Shown: positions 21,156 through 32,008, numbered from the stretch's first letter. The stretch is DNA of 64,000 bases from an uncultured Nitrososphaerota archaeon (GCA_963703285.1 OY969807.1:1984001-2048000), one strand, 5' to 3'. Numbers and translations are program-made. The notes: a model not told the origin generated them from the letters alone.

Positions 21156-21467
21156 CCGTGAGGTTCGGAGGGTTCTGCAAATTTAATCCTTTCGCAACTG
21201 TGTGGACAGTCTTCCCGCCCGTCGCCCCTTTCCGAACGGCAATCCCGCCGGCCGTCAGCGCCGCGCTCCACCTTGAGTCGGTCCGGGTCGAGCGGCAGTG
21301 GTAGCGCAGCATCTCGAATCTATTGCGGGGGCCCCTCATCGGCTTATGCTACAAGAGTACGTTCTTCGGCGTTCGGCATGGCATTCCAGAACAAAGTACG
21401 GCGAGTCGGCGCGATTCCCAAGACGTTTGGCAAACGCATTTATCCGGGTTTCGACAAATCACAGCAC

Positions 21468-21695
21468 ATGGACGAAAGGGAGGATGCCTCCATCGCGGTG
21501 GTCGGTGCGCGCGGCGAGATTGTCCTCTCCCAGGATTTGCGAACTCAACTGGCCCTGAAGCCGAAGACGAAGCTCATGGTCTACAGGAAGGACGACAAGC
21601 TCGTCATCACCAAGCTCAACCTCCCAGTGGCAGGGGACGGTCTCGGCAAGACCCTCATGCAGAAGCGTCAGCACAAGAGACGGGCAGGAGCTTGA
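21468..21695 (+). CDS. AbrB/MazE-like DNA-binding protein
   Basis: VGARGEIVLSQDLRTQLAL...LVITK. Confidence 0.7.
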   Translation: MDEREDASIAVVGARGEIVLSQDLRTQLALKPKTKLMVYRKDDKLVITKLNLPVAGDGLGKTLMQKRQHKRRAGA

Positions 21696-21716
21696 GCCGT
21701 TGACTTCGGCGTCCCC

Positions 21717-23258
21717 CTATGCCGACGTCGACTCCGCTCGAACCGGGGTCGGGGCGTTGGGCTCTCCATAGGCCACCTGTGTTCTCTTGGCCGGCCCGAC
21801 TGAGAGCAGTAGGGACGTCACGATTGCTAGGGCGGCGAAGATACCCGAGGCCACGAAGGCGTACCTGAAGGCCGTGACCAGATTGCTCCCATACACGGTG
21901 ATGCCCTGGCCATGTGTCACGACGCCGATCACGCTCACCGCCACAGCCAATCCTATGGGCCCTCCAACCTGCCTCGACGTGTTAATCAGGCCAGACGCCA
22001 CGCCCTCCTCGCCGCGCCCTGCGCCCGCGAGCGCCGCTATGTTCGACGCTGTCGCGGAGAGCGCACCGCCGGTTGTCGCCAGGAGCAGCGCCGGCAGGAT
22101 CACCGTCGGGTAGCTCGAGGTCGCGGAGACCCGGGCCATGAGGAAAAGGCCGGCGGAGAGAGCCGCCATCGCCCCCACGAGGACCGGTTTGGCTCCCACC
22201 CTCCTCACTAGCTTCGGCGCGGCGAATCCTCCAAGGAAGAAGTAGACAATGGATCCGGGAATCAGCGCCGCCGCGGCGAGGAGCGGCGAATAGAACAGCA
22301 GTACCTGGAAGTAGGTCGTCAGCAGGAAGATCATCGGGACCGTCGTCGCGAACGTCAAGAGGGCGGTCGCGTTGGCGAAGAAGATGGTCCTCCGCCGAAG
22401 GAAGCTCAGAGGCATGACCGGTGCGGCCGAACGCCTCTCGATGGCCACGAAGGCGGCCAGCGTAATGCCCGCGAGGACGAACGACGCGTAGGTCACGTAC
22501 GACGCATCCGCGTTCCCGAGCTCGCTTAGCCCGTACACTAGGAGCATCAGCCCCGCAGTCACGGAGACGGCTCCGGGCAGGTCGAGGCTCCGCCTGGTCC
22601 CCTTCTCGACCCCGGAGTCAGGGAGGGCCCTGAACGCGACCAAGGTCACGATGATGCCTATGGGGACGTTGACGAAGAATATCCACCTCCACCCGAGAGC
22701 CTCTGTAAGGACGCCCCCGAGTATGACGCCGGCAGAGAACCCCGCCGACGAGACGGCCGTGAATATCCCCAGGGCCTGGTTCAGCCTCCCCAGCGGCGCG
22801 AAGATTCTCATTATCAGCGCAAGGCCGGTGGCTGACGCGAGCGCAGCCCCGACCCCCTGCACCACCCTCGCCGTGATTAGTACCGTCTCCGACGTCGCCA
22901 GACCAGCCGTGAGGGAGGAGAGGGAGAAGATGAGGAGGCCTATCAAGAACAAACGCTTGCGGCCGTAGATGTCTGAGAGGCGCCCGCTCAGCAGGAGGAA
23001 GCCCGCGAATGTCAGGCCGTACGCGCTGACTATCCACTGCAGGTCGGCGAGCGACATCGCCAGCTGCGTCCGAATCGTGGGGAGGGCTATCTGGACGATC
23101 GAGAAGTCCACCACCATCGCGAACTGCGCCATCACGAGTAGTCCGAGTATGAGGCCCAGGCGCGGCTTCGCAACCGGCGCACTGGTCCTCTGGACCGAGA
23201 CCGTCGCCTGCTGAGGTGGAGAACCGTCACTGGTTTTCAAGGCCTGTCGTAGCATCAC
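21717..23258 (-). CDS. MFS efflux transporter (DHA2, 14-TM)
   Basis: DFSIVQIALP, GRLSDIYGRKR, WRWIFFVNVPIG. Confidence 0.9.
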   Translation of the reverse strand: MMLRQALKTSDGSPPQQATVSVQRTSAPVAKPRLGLILGLLVMAQFAMVVDFSIVQIALPTIRTQLAMSLADLQWIVSAYGLTFAGFLLLSGRLSDIYGRKRLFLIGLLIFSLSSLTAGLATSETVLITARVVQGVGAALASATGLALIMRIFAPLGRLNQALGIFTAVSSAGFSAGVILGGVLTEALGWRWIFFVNVPIGIIVTLVAFRALPDSGVEKGTRRSLDLPGAVSVTAGLMLLVYGLSELGNADASYVTYASFVLAGITLAAFVAIERRSAAPVMPLSFLRRRTIFFANATALLTFATTVPMIFLLTTYFQVLLFYSPLLAAAALIPGSIVYFFLGGFAAPKLVRRVGAKPVLVGAMAALSAGLFLMARVSATSSYPTVILPALLLATTGGALSATASNIAALAGAGRGEEGVASGLINTSRQVGGPIGLAVAVSVIGVVTHGQGITVYGSNLVTAFRYAFVASGIFAALAIVTSLLLSVGPAKRTQVAYGEPNAPTPVRAESTSA

Positions 23259-23343
23259 TATTGGGTGTCCAATATAAGTGTATCGTCACATTCATCCTTA
23301 TTATCCTCGGTCGGTCTCCGGCACGCTCAGTCTGACGTCCTCG

Positions 23344-23715
23344 ATGACCTCCTTAGAGCGTCCCCGCGCGAATGGAATCGACCATCTCAACCTCAAGGTT
23401 AGCGATCTGGAGAAGTCCAGCAAGTTCTACTGCGGGATACTTGGTATGGAGGAGGCGTTCGCGGAGCTACCACGCGCCGTCTTCCTGAGGTGCGGGGGCG
23501 ACCTGCTAACCCTAGCCAAGACCAAGAGCAGACCTAGGGAAACGAGCGTGCACTTTGGGTTTCAAGCCAGAGACAGGGCCGATTTCGAGGCATGGAAGAG
23601 GTGGTTGCCAAGCAACCACATCCGAATCGCAAGGGAGAGGGCTGAACAAACCGTTGAAGGATTCTACTTCAAAGACCCCGACCGATACACGATAGAGATA
23701 TTCTACGAAGCGTGA
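23344..23715 (+). CDS. VOC/glyoxalase family protein
   Basis: IDHLNLKVSDLEKSSKFY, HFGF, YFKDPD. Confidence 0.85.
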   Translation: MTSLERPRANGIDHLNLKVSDLEKSSKFYCGILGMEEAFAELPRAVFLRCGGDLLTLAKTKSRPRETSVHFGFQARDRADFEAWKRWLPSNHIRIARERAEQTVEGFYFKDPDRYTIEIFYEA

Positions 23716-23826
23716 AAGGGATTTTTCGGAAGGGTCCAAAGCCCGAGACGTCTCCAGCCTCCGATTCTCCTCGATTTCGCTCCATAAGTTCGAGCATATA
23801 TGGGCGCATTACGATGGTATGGTAGG

Positions 23827-24441
23827 ATGGCCTCCAGCGCTTCGAGGGTGTTTCTGGACCTTAGCGCATTGGGGCTAGTGCTCGCCTTCTATCACGCGTA
23901 CCTGGAGAGCGCGTTCACAACCAACATCTTCGCTGTCAAGTACTCCTCTCTAGCGTCCTTCTACGGCGTGCCCTACTGGCTCTTCGGTGTAGTCTGGTTC
24001 CCGCTCGTGCTCGCCCTTGGCCTCTGGTCGACACGGCTGGGGAGAGTCAGCCTGAACAAGAAACTGCTCGTCCTGCTGACCGTAGGCAATCTCTTCACCG
24101 TATATCTCTGGTACCTCGACGTCTACGTGGTCGTCGCTTTCAACGCCGTCAACATCGGTCTCTACGCGATGAACTACGCATTGACGGGCCTCGTCGTGTT
24201 CCAAAACCGCTCGGACGACGTGATGCGCGGGTTCGTCTACGGCACCGTCGTCGGCGGCGCAGTGGGTCTGATTTTCGGTGTCTTCGGAGTGGCAGCTTGC
24301 GGAGTCGCCGGCGGCATCCTGGGAGCTGCGAGGAACCTCGCGACTCCGGGTCGAGGGTCTGCCTCCAGGCCCTGGCCGGGTGCGGGAGGGACACAGGCAA
24401 CGGGCAATCCGCCGCGGGCGGGCGTCCGACCCGGAGCCTAG
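23827..24441 (+). CDS. VKOR-like membrane protein, apparently lacking the CxxC motif
   Basis: S.LASFYGVP..LFG and YLWYL pattern; no catalytic cysteines seen. Confidence 0.5.
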   Translation: MASSASRVFLDLSALGLVLAFYHAYLESAFTTNIFAVKYSSLASFYGVPYWLFGVVWFPLVLALGLWSTRLGRVSLNKKLLVLLTVGNLFTVYLWYLDVYVVVAFNAVNIGLYAMNYALTGLVVFQNRSDDVMRGFVYGTVVGGAVGLIFGVFGVAACGVAGGILGAARNLATPGRGSASRPWPGAGGTQATGNPPRAGVRPGA

Positions 24442-25709
24442 GGTTCCGTGTGGGCGACGTTGCGCCTGTTGAAGTAGGCGAAGGTCCAGTCGAAGACCAC
24501 CCCGAGCCTGTTGCGGGAGGCGGACATCAGCGAGATGTGAACGACCCTCCAGATGGCCCACCCCATGAAGCCGGACGTCTTGAGCCAGCCGAGGTCTGCG
24601 ACCCCGACATTCCTGCCCAGAGACACCATGAACCCCTTGTTGTTGTACGAGAACGGCGTGACGCTCCTCCCGGCCATAAGCTCGGGCAGGGCCTCGGCAA
24701 GCCACTTCCCCTGCTGGACGGCGGCGGCCGCCGTCTCCGGGGGCCTCTTCCCGGTCTTGCCGTCCACCCAGTACGCGATGTCACCTAGCGCGAAGACCTC
24801 CGGATGCCCGTCGACCCTCAAGAGGCCGTCCACCTTGACGCGCCCCCTCTCCTTCTCGACCTTGAGCGACTCCACGAGCTTTGATGGCTTCACTCCGGCC
24901 GTCCAGAAGACGTTCTCGGACTCGATCACCTCGCCGCTCTCGAGAAGGACACCGCGCTCGCTGACCTCGGCCACCTTCGTCGACGTCCGGACCTCCACGC
25001 CCCTCCTCGCGAGCGCTTCCGCGGACTTCCGGACCACGTAATCGGGCTGACCGGGAAGCACGGTTGGGCGGGCCTCCACCACCACGACCCTCGGTTCCTC
25101 CGTCACTTCCGGGCAGTCCTTCCGCATCATCCTGACGAAGTCCCTGACGGATCCTGCAAGCTCCATCCCCGTCGGCCCGGCGCCGATGACGACGAAGGTG
25201 AGGAGGGCCCTCCTCGCGTCTTCATCCTTCTCGAGCGCAGCCCTCTCTATCGCTCCGACTATCCGGTTGTGCATGAGCCGACCGTCGTTGATGGTCTTGA
25301 GCGACAGCGCGTGGTCCGCGACCCCCTTCATCCCGAAGTCGTTGCTGACGGAGCCCACCGCGAGGACGAGGTAATCGTATGCCAGCTCTCCGAAGTCGGT
25401 CTGGACCCTCCTCCCTACCATGTCGACCGAGGTCACCTCTCCCTCTAGGAAGCGGAAGCCGTGAGACCTTGCCTGCGGGCGCACTATCTGGGCCAGGTGG
25501 TCCATATCCACAACCCCCGTCGCAGTCTGGTACAGGAGCGGAGTGAAGAGATGGAAGTTCCTGCGGCTGACGAGGGTGACCTCCGCTCCCAGGTCTTTTT
25601 TCAGTCCCAGAGCTACCGACATGCCGCCGAAGCCTGCCCCGATTATCAGAATCCTGGGCTTGTTCGCCGTCGACGTGGGCGGGCCACCGACGCTGGGCCT
25701 GATGACCAC
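24438..25709 (-). CDS. ndh: Type II NADH dehydrogenase
   Basis: IIGAGFGG, FTPLLYQ, GAGPTGMELAG, WTAGV, FALGD. Confidence 0.9.
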   Translation of the reverse strand: MVIRPSVGGPPTSTANKPRILIIGAGFGGMSVALGLKKDLGAEVTLVSRRNFHLFTPLLYQTATGVVDMDHLAQIVRPQARSHGFRFLEGEVTSVDMVGRRVQTDFGELAYDYLVLAVGSVSNDFGMKGVADHALSLKTINDGRLMHNRIVGAIERAALEKDEDARRALLTFVVIGAGPTGMELAGSVRDFVRMMRKDCPEVTEEPRVVVVEARPTVLPGQPDYVVRKSAEALARRGVEVRTSTKVAEVSERGVLLESGEVIESENVFWTAGVKPSKLVESLKVEKERGRVKVDGLLRVDGHPEVFALGDIAYWVDGKTGKRPPETAAAAVQQGKWLAEALPELMAGRSVTPFSYNNKGFMVSLGRNVGVADLGWLKTSGFMGWAIWRVVHISLMSASRNRLGVVFDWTFAYFNRRNVAHTEP

Positions 25710-25826
25710 CTGTTATCAACCGATTTGTGCGGCCGAGGTTAAATAGCTAGCCTAAGTTCACTCCCTTCGCGAATTACGGGATTCTCCTCGTCACGCTTAT
25801 AAGAAGAGGTTGTGGAAAACCGGCCC

Positions 25827-26138
25827 ATGGCTGAATACTCGTTCGACCATTTTGCGAAAGAATACCCCGAGCTTGCCTCGAGGTACACCAAACTCGTGGA
25901 CGCGCAGAGGTCCCTGAAGGGGCTGGATCCGAAGACGAGACAGCTGATAAACATCGGCATCCAGACTGCGAACGGAAGCCTCAGGGGCGTCAAGTACCAC
26001 GCCACGATGGCGAGGAAGGCTGGCGCGACGAAGGCCGAAGTCCTTGGAGCGGTCGTGTTGAACCTCCACGTCCGGGGGGTCGGAGTGGTGCTCGACACGC
26101 TTCCGGCCGCGATCGCTGGATTTCAAGCCAAAGAGTAG
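25827..26138 (+). CDS. Carboxymuconolactone decarboxylase family protein
   Basis: LDPKTRQLI...H...ARKAGATKAEV. Confidence 0.8.
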   Translation: MAEYSFDHFAKEYPELASRYTKLVDAQRSLKGLDPKTRQLINIGIQTANGSLRGVKYHATMARKAGATKAEVLGAVVLNLHVRGVGVVLDTLPAAIAGFQAKE

Positions 26139-26254
26139 CCGAGGGCGGTCAGGGGCTGACCTCTCCAGGCCGCGCCCAAGCATGACTCGTACCAGAATTG
26201 AGAACTCGCGTTATAAGTTTTAATACGGCCGGTCCCGCGCTAGAGGAACGCATC

Positions 26255-27556
26255 GTGTTCCTCAGAAAGCATTCTCGAGGCTCTAAATTTGGATGGGTCG
26301 CCCTAAGCCCGCTCCTTCTCTTCCTCGCGGCGATGGTGATAGTTCCGCTGACCTCCGCCTCCGCCCAGACCCAGTTCGTTGAAGCGACGCCGGGGTACAT
26401 CAACCTGGGCATGACGACGACTGTCCAAGTCACTTCGCCTGCTGCAGGCGCCTACACGGTGACGGTCCAGGAACCGAACGGGACGGAGGTCACCTCAAGT
26501 CTCACGTTCGCCGGCGCGGGGCAATTGCAGAACACCACCTTTGGGGTCGCCGCGTCTGGGTTCAAGAGCTCGGTCAATCAGGTGGGCACGTACAACGTCT
26601 TCTTGCGCCAGGGTACCACACTCGTCTCGTCGACGTCGTTCTACGCGACGAACAAGCTGGTCGTCACCATGGACATAGTGACCGGTGGCACCTGCGCTTA
26701 CGTCCAGGGGATAACCAGGGGAGAGAAGTTCATTCCGAGGTTCTACGCGAAGTATGCGTCGAACGGGGCCTCCCTGACCAATGACACCAAGGGTGTCTAC
26801 ATAACCTACACACAGCCCAATGGCGCAACGGCGAAAGCCGGTTGGGACGCCTCCGCGGGTCTGTTTGACTCGTCGGTACTACCCAACTGGAACTACACTT
26901 CAGTGGGAGCATGGAGCCCATCCGTGACGGCAGGTGACGCATATGGAAACGTTGGCACTCTCAAGTACACGGGGATCCCCTTCACCATCTCTCCAGCCAC
27001 GCTTGACACGAACATCCAGGTCGTGAACGCAAACACGAGCCAGACGGTGACCGGACTTTACAACGGCCTGACCATCGACATCCAGGCCACGATTACCTAT
27101 CCGACCAACCCGGAGCCCGTGACCGGCTTCGTCGGTCCGCTCACATCAACCAGAGGTGGTTCCGTCACTGCTCAGGTCGGGTGGGGCTTCTACAACGTGA
27201 CCTCCGGCACCTGGGGAGGGAAGACCCCAGGCGGACTCATAGCGACCGTCCTGATGACCTACTCGGGCAGCAACGGAACATGGACGGGCCAGTTCAAGTC
27301 GACCTCGCTCCCCACGCTTCCTTCGGGCGCGAGCTACGAGGTTGTGGTCAGCTCGAAGGACAGCGCTTCTCCTGCGAACACGGGATTCGGGACGTCGGTC
27401 CTGCCTCCGGCCACCGTGGCGTCGACCACCACGGTCACCAGCACGTCTAGCACTGTTACGACGGTGCAGTCGATCCCGACCGTCGTGTACGCCGCACTCG
27501 CAATCCTCCTGATAATCGGCGTCCTCATCGGTTACATCGTAAAGGTTCCGAGGTAA
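26255..27556 (+). CDS. Secreted glycoprotein with C-terminal TM anchor
   Basis: Signal peptide, T/S-rich, C-terminal TM; upstream of Rieske/cyt b; start inferred. Confidence 0.7.
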   Translation: MFLRKHSRGSKFGWVALSPLLLFLAAMVIVPLTSASAQTQFVEATPGYINLGMTTTVQVTSPAAGAYTVTVQEPNGTEVTSSLTFAGAGQLQNTTFGVAASGFKSSVNQVGTYNVFLRQGTTLVSSTSFYATNKLVVTMDIVTGGTCAYVQGITRGEKFIPRFYAKYASNGASLTNDTKGVYITYTQPNGATAKAGWDASAGLFDSSVLPNWNYTSVGAWSPSVTAGDAYGNVGTLKYTGIPFTISPATLDTNIQVVNANTSQTVTGLYNGLTIDIQATITYPTNPEPVTGFVGPLTSTRGGSVTAQVGWGFYNVTSGTWGGKTPGGLIATVLMTYSGSNGTWTGQFKSTSLPTLPSGASYEVVVSSKDSASPANTGFGTSVLPPATVASTTTVTSTSSTVTTVQSIPTVVYAALAILLIIGVLIGYIVKVPR

Positions 27557-27560
27557 TCCA

Positions 27561-29372
27561 ATGAAGCGCCTCTGGGGTGCCATCGCCGCCGCCCTAGGCC
27601 TACTCTGCCTGCTCCTGATGACTGTGGGTCCCGCTACCGCCGCGACACAGTCCTCGCTGACGGTGTCGCCGACGGTCGGCATCGTCGGAAGCACGATCAC
27701 CATCAGCGGACAGGGTTACCCTCCAAACACCAGCCTGATTGTAAAGTGGAGCACCGTGGACGCGAGCTGGGTCGTTTCAGGAAACCCACCCCAGATTACG
27801 GGACTCAACGTCACCCCGATAGAGAGCACGCTCGTCTCGGTTGAGACCGGCGCTCTGGGCTCCTTCTCCGTGAACATGACCGCCCCGTCTGACTACGGGG
27901 GCTCGCACACCCTGGAGGCTTTCGGCTCGAACGGCACTGCGCTCGCCGGGAAGGCCTTATTCACGCTTGAGCCTTCGTTCCACATCTCGCCCACAAGCGG
28001 CCCAGCGGGCACCGCGATAGAAGTGACGGCCACCGGGCTTGGCTACGGAGAGTACTCGACGAGCTATCACCTCTACTGGGACAACTCCTACATTGGATAC
28101 TTCACCGCCCTCTCCACGAGAGGGGCGACGAACTTCACCTTTTACGCGTCTGGGACGCCCGGAACGCACTACGTCGAGATATATCAGGGGTATCCCGGGC
28201 CGGCATACCTCAATCCGCAGCAGGGACCGCCCTCCTCGGAGACGCAGTCGGTCTTTCCCCCGTACATACCCTACCACGCAGAGTTCACCATGACTACGGG
28301 GCAGTCCTCCTCCTCCAGCCCTGCCCTGATAGGCTCCGCGGGTGTCGCGTCGATCGCGGTGGCGGCGGCAGCCGTGGCGGCCTGTGGTCTCTTCGTCACC
28401 AGGCTCGAACCCGGGAAGCGCAAGGCGGTCTCAAGGTCCCTGGCGGTGGTCGTGATCATCGTCCTCGTCGTGCTAGGGGGGATCGCGGGCTACCTGGCCC
28501 TCACGGCGAGTTCGACATCGAGTACCACGTCGACTGTCAGCTTCACTCCGGTGGCAACTGTCGACCGGCCAGCGATTACCGTCCCTCAGAACAACGCAAC
28601 TACGGGGCCGAGGATCTCCATCTCTCCCGACATCGCCAGCGTCGGTCAGACGGTCACGGTGAAGGGAGCCGGCTTCGCCTCCAACACCCTTCTCCCGCTT
28701 TCGTGGTCAACGAGGAAGGGGAGCAACGTCCTCGGCTATCAGCTGGTCGCCGAGCCGCTGAGGAACGTCACAACCAGCTCGAACGGATCTTTCGCATTCA
28801 CCATGAACGTGCCCGCAGACCTGGGAGGCCTCCACTTCATATCGGCAGGCGACCTGACCCCCAGCTCCAACGGGACTCTCTTCCTCCAGAGGACAGCCTC
28901 GATCAACGCCACCGAGGGACCCGCCGGGACGGTCGTGGCGATAACGATGCTCGGGGTGGGGTGGACGTTCAACACCAACATCGCCGCCCTCGACTACGAC
29001 AACTCGTATCTCGGCTACGGCTGCGGATTCAACAGCGGGGGGAACGTCACCTTCTACATTACCATAACCGGCTCTCCTGGCATCCAGACGATTGACATCT
29101 ATCCGTCGGTGTGGTGGGGCACGTCAAACTACTACAATCAGTCGACCGTCGAGTACCGGTATCCGCTGCTCACCCCGCAGGACCACCCGGAGCTGATGCC
29201 CTCCTTCCACTTTACCTTCCTGATAACGGGCTCGGGCCAGACCGCGACGAACGGGGATGCCCTCTCCGGCCTTGCCTTCGGCGGCGTTGTTGGAATGGCG
29301 CTCGTGAGCTCGCTCGCGCCCGTACAGAGGCGTCCCGGTGTTGAGGCACCCATGGAGGTTTCGAAGCGCTAG
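27561..29372 (+). CDS. Membrane protein with two duplicated Ig-like extracellular modules
   Basis: Two homologous halves (..GPAGT..DNSY.GY..G.PG....IY) separated by a TM hairpin. Confidence 0.7.
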   Translation: MKRLWGAIAAALGLLCLLLMTVGPATAATQSSLTVSPTVGIVGSTITISGQGYPPNTSLIVKWSTVDASWVVSGNPPQITGLNVTPIESTLVSVETGALGSFSVNMTAPSDYGGSHTLEAFGSNGTALAGKALFTLEPSFHISPTSGPAGTAIEVTATGLGYGEYSTSYHLYWDNSYIGYFTALSTRGATNFTFYASGTPGTHYVEIYQGYPGPAYLNPQQGPPSSETQSVFPPYIPYHAEFTMTTGQSSSSSPALIGSAGVASIAVAAAAVAACGLFVTRLEPGKRKAVSRSLAVVVIIVLVVLGGIAGYLALTASSTSSTTSTVSFTPVATVDRPAITVPQNNATTGPRISISPDIASVGQTVTVKGAGFASNTLLPLSWSTRKGSNVLGYQLVAEPLRNVTTSSNGSFAFTMNVPADLGGLHFISAGDLTPSSNGTLFLQRTASINATEGPAGTVVAITMLGVGWTFNTNIAALDYDNSYLGYGCGFNSGGNVTFYITITGSPGIQTIDIYPSVWWGTSNYYNQSTVEYRYPLLTPQDHPELMPSFHFTFLITGSGQTATNGDALSGLAFGGVVGMALVSSLAPVQRRPGVEAPMEVSKR

Positions 29373-30163
29373 TGGCCTCCGATTCGGATTCCGAAGGCGG
29401 CGACCCGGAGAAGGGTGCCCAGCCGAAGGCCGACGACCACGGCCCCGAAGCCGAGAAGGATAACCCTCGGAGGCAGTTCCTTACGCTCTCCCTCGCCCTT
29501 GGAGTCGCGCTGGTGGTAGGAGGAATCGCGTCCGTCAGCCTCTCGCTCTTTAGTCCCTCTGTCCCCGCGCCCGCCCCACCTCCGGCCACCACCACTCAGA
29601 CCGTGACGTCGACCGTGACGGTGGGCTCCACGGGAACGGGGACAGCCGCTTCCTCGGCGTCTTCGACCTCCACCACGTCCTCTCCCTTCCCCCAGGTCCT
29701 CGTCGCCAACATCAGCGACCTGACCGGTACCAACCTCGGCCAGACGGTCGATTTCAACTACCCCCTACAGGAGACGCCGAACATCCTCGTGAAGCTGGGC
29801 GTGAAGGCGGTCAACGGGGTCGGCCCCGACGGGGACATCGTCGCGTTCAGCCAGATCTGCCAGCACCTGGGGTGCATCTGGGGCTTCGTGGGGACGGGCG
29901 GCTCGCCGGGCTGCAACAGCTCATACAAGGCAAAGGGGCCGGTGGGCTACTGCTGCTGTCACGGCTCGCAGTACGACCTCACGGACTCCGCGACGGTGAT
30001 CGGAGGACCGGCCCCAAGGCCGGTGCCCCAGGTGACGCTGAGCTACGACGACGCGACCGGGGATATCTACGCGATTGGCATGTCGCCCCCCACGATATTC
30101 GGGTACCACACGGGGAGCAACGACGTGCTCTACGACCTGCAGGGCGGCACGCCGGTGACCTAG
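29372..30163 (+). CDS. Rieske 2Fe-2S protein (SoxL/AioB-like)
   Basis: Tat motif RRQFL, CQHLGC and CCCHGS boxes, GVGPDGDIVAFS. Confidence 0.92.
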   Translation: MASDSDSEGGDPEKGAQPKADDHGPEAEKDNPRRQFLTLSLALGVALVVGGIASVSLSLFSPSVPAPAPPPATTTQTVTSTVTVGSTGTGTAASSASSTSTTSSPFPQVLVANISDLTGTNLGQTVDFNYPLQETPNILVKLGVKAVNGVGPDGDIVAFSQICQHLGCIWGFVGTGGSPGCNSSYKAKGPVGYCCCHGSQYDLTDSATVIGGPAPRPVPQVTLSYDDATGDIYAIGMSPPTIFGYHTGSNDVLYDLQGGTPVT

Positions 30164-30164
30164 G

Positions 30165-31697
30165 TTGTCCGCGAGCGAGGACGCTGCGTCCGCACCGGCC
30201 GAGAAGACGCCGGTCGAGAGGTTGGTCGGGTGGTTCGACGACAGGCTGGGAATCTCCTATCCCATGCTGCGTCCTGCGCCAGCGTACTCGATAAACCCGT
30301 TCTACTGGCTGGGAGCCCTCGCCGTGGTCGCGTTCGTGATTCAGGGGATCACCGGGATGCTGATGATGGTCTACTACGTCCCGTCCCCGACCCAGGCGTA
30401 TGCAACGACGCAGTACATATTCCAGGACGTGAGCTACGGAACGTTCCTCGAGACGGTCCACCTCTACACCGCCTACGCCATGATCATGCTGGCGTTCATG
30501 CACATGATGCGCGGATTCTTCGTCTCTGTCCAGAAGAAGCCCAGGGAGCTGATGTGGGTAACGGGGATGCTGATGGGGTTCGTCACACTCGGATTCGGGT
30601 TCACGGGCTACCTTCTCCCCTGGACGGTCGTCTCGAAATCGGCAACGGACGTCGGGACGGGGATGCTCAACGCGCTGCCGGCCCAGATTTCGTCGATCCT
30701 CAGCTTCCTCGTCGTCGGGACCGGGGGCGAAACGGGGGAGATGCTCAGGTTCTACGACCTGCACATAGTCATACTCCCGGCGGCGCTCCTGGCCCTGCTG
30801 GCGGCGAAGATGTACATGCTCGAGTCGCACGGCGTGGCCGAGCCCGTGACCTCCGTCCCGGCAGCCAAACGGAAGCTGATACCCATCTTCCCGGACGTCT
30901 CCCTCTACCTGCTCGAGCTCGCGGCGATATTCGGCGCGGCGATGCTCCTCATCTCGGTAGCCTTCCCCCTCACCCTGCCCGTGGAGTACTCGGCACAGGC
31001 GGCCGGCGCCTACACGGCGCAGCCGGATTGGTACTTCCTCTGGATCTACCAGATCCTGAAGATAGACGCGTTCGAGACCTGGGGGCTTCCCGTCGCCCTC
31101 GGCATCATCACTGTGATCTTCCTGGCCCTGATTGTCCTGCCCTTCCTTGACAGGGGAGACACCAGGTCGATCGGGAAGAGGATGAAGTACACGACCATCG
31201 GGGCAATCTTCGTGGCCGAGGTCGCGGTGCTCACGGTCTGGGGTAAACTGACGCCGGGGGCGGTAATACCGAACGAACAGGCCGTGCTGATTCTTGGCGG
31301 GACCGCCCTCCTTGTGGCTCTAGGCTCGGTCGTGGCCTACAGCCTCGTCTTCGGGGGCATCTCCAGGGCCACGGGGGCCTCCCCTCCGACGGGCGGGCCC
31401 GTGGTCAGGACCGCGTCCGTGCGCTCGAGGCTCCAGTCGGCATCGCTCTGGACCGCCTGCAGCTTCGTGGGTCTGCTCGTGGTTGGAAGCTTCGGAATCA
31501 GCGGCTCGCTGAACGCCGTCGCCGGCATGATGGCCGCCGGAACGACATCGGCGGGTCTGGTCTACTCGCTGGTCGCATCCCTGGCGCTCGTCTCGGTCGC
31601 CGTCGCCGGCACCGCTTTCTTGGTGTACAGGCTCGAACTCTCCACGGGCGCTATAAGGAGGCGCGTCAGGGCCTTCGAGGTGGGGTGGAAGGGATGA
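30165..31697 (+). CDS. Cytochrome b (SoxN/PetB-like, extended C-terminus)
   Basis: Heme His residues (VHLY, MHMM, LHIV), GFTGYLLPW, PDWY Qo motif. Confidence 0.92.
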   Translation: MSASEDAASAPAEKTPVERLVGWFDDRLGISYPMLRPAPAYSINPFYWLGALAVVAFVIQGITGMLMMVYYVPSPTQAYATTQYIFQDVSYGTFLETVHLYTAYAMIMLAFMHMMRGFFVSVQKKPRELMWVTGMLMGFVTLGFGFTGYLLPWTVVSKSATDVGTGMLNALPAQISSILSFLVVGTGGETGEMLRFYDLHIVILPAALLALLAAKMYMLESHGVAEPVTSVPAAKRKLIPIFPDVSLYLLELAAIFGAAMLLISVAFPLTLPVEYSAQAAGAYTAQPDWYFLWIYQILKIDAFETWGLPVALGIITVIFLALIVLPFLDRGDTRSIGKRMKYTTIGAIFVAEVAVLTVWGKLTPGAVIPNEQAVLILGGTALLVALGSVVAYSLVFGGISRATGASPPTGGPVVRTASVRSRLQSASLWTACSFVGLLVVGSFGISGSLNAVAGMMAAGTTSAGLVYSLVASLALVSVAVAGTAFLVYRLELSTGAIRRRVRAFEVGWKG

Positions 31698-31996
31698 GCA
31701 GCGAGCAGTCCGCACCCAGGGTCGAGAAGGTCGTCAGGGAGAGGATGGCCGTCAGGATCGTCGCCCTCCTGCTCATCATCGCGGCTCTCTCCGTATTCGT
31801 GCTCTGGACTGTCAACCCAGTTGGCTCGGGCAGCGAGACGACCTTCGCCGTCTACCTCGCCATCGACCTGATCGCCTTTGCGTTGATTTCGTACGTCAGG
31901 AGGCGAGTCGGCAGCGATGGCGGGATAGGGAGAGTGTTTGTGATTGCTGGGTGCTGCTTCATGCTCTTCTTGGTTTTCGTCGGCTTCTATCTCTAA
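31694..31996 (+). CDS. Small 3-TM membrane protein
   Basis: Overlaps the cyt b stop codon; hydrophobic. Confidence 0.65.
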   Translation: MSSEQSAPRVEKVVRERMAVRIVALLLIIAALSVFVLWTVNPVGSGSETTFAVYLAIDLIAFALISYVRRRVGSDGGIGRVFVIAGCCFMLFLVFVGFYL

Positions 31997-32008
31997 GCCC
32001 CGGTCCAA

